Part shown: positions 63,907 through 64,000 of the stretch, in pieces | How positions within the stretch are numbered: position 1 is the stretch's first letter | Layout: the number at the start of each line of letters is the position of its first letter | From: a virus | Lineage: Duplodnaviria > Caudoviricetes | Strand: one strand, 5' to 3' | IMG/VR virus record: IMGVR_UViG_3300028797_000006 | Span: 54,403 to 118,402 of that record | Length of the DNA: 64,000 nt | Translations under genes and position numbers: made by a program | The notes under the pieces: model-generated | Database searches by the model: none | The model's input: only the letters and a program-made list of their open reading frames with translations | What the model was told of the DNA's origin: nothing

Positions 63907-64000
63907 TCCGTCTGACCTCTCTTTCTTTGAGATACTAATTATCTCTTCTTTACACATATAATTATATCATATGTGTATAGAAGAAACAAGTAGTTTTACT

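Larger units (their letters stand above)
60852..63914 (+). repeat. dispersed polarised repeat (T)TCCGTCTG, ~35 copies
   Basis: Seen repeatedly in intergenic and coding DNA, nearly all in the same orientation. Confidence 0.9.

Overview
64 kb of a large AT-rich tailed-phage genome, probably infecting a Bacillota/Bacilli host (inferred from sigmaA-type promoters, cre-like operators and Ig/InlB/BspA-type surface domains). Region 1-27 kb holds replication, nucleotide and glycan enzymes and tail/virion genes. These genes use TGA as Trp: reading through TGA restores a UvrD helicase, RNase H, a dUTPase with motif 5, a GT2 and a TagD-HAD-Stealth fusion. A separately promoted tRNA-Trp(UCA) with an unusual insert lies among them. 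Region 27-64 kb holds small, mostly TGA-free early-type genes, DNA ligase, a sigma-70 factor, five small wHTH paralogues, and two tRNA operons (14 + 17 canonical tRNAs, together covering all 20 amino acids). It also holds several tRNA-like RNAs, a ROOL-like RNA and several 0.4-1.6 kb ORF-free structured RNAs. Main discovery: each tRNA operon is preceded by a leader-peptide attenuator (short ORF, antiterminator, intrinsic terminator). Each leader's codons are almost a one-to-one inventory of the anticodons in its own downstream operon. This looks like a translation-sensing switch that would turn on phage tRNA supply when any cognate host tRNA fails. The right end carries about 35 strand-polarised TCCGTCTG repeats and seven cre/LacI-type palindromes, five of them abutting TTGAC hexamers. 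Everything here was read by eye; no searches were run.
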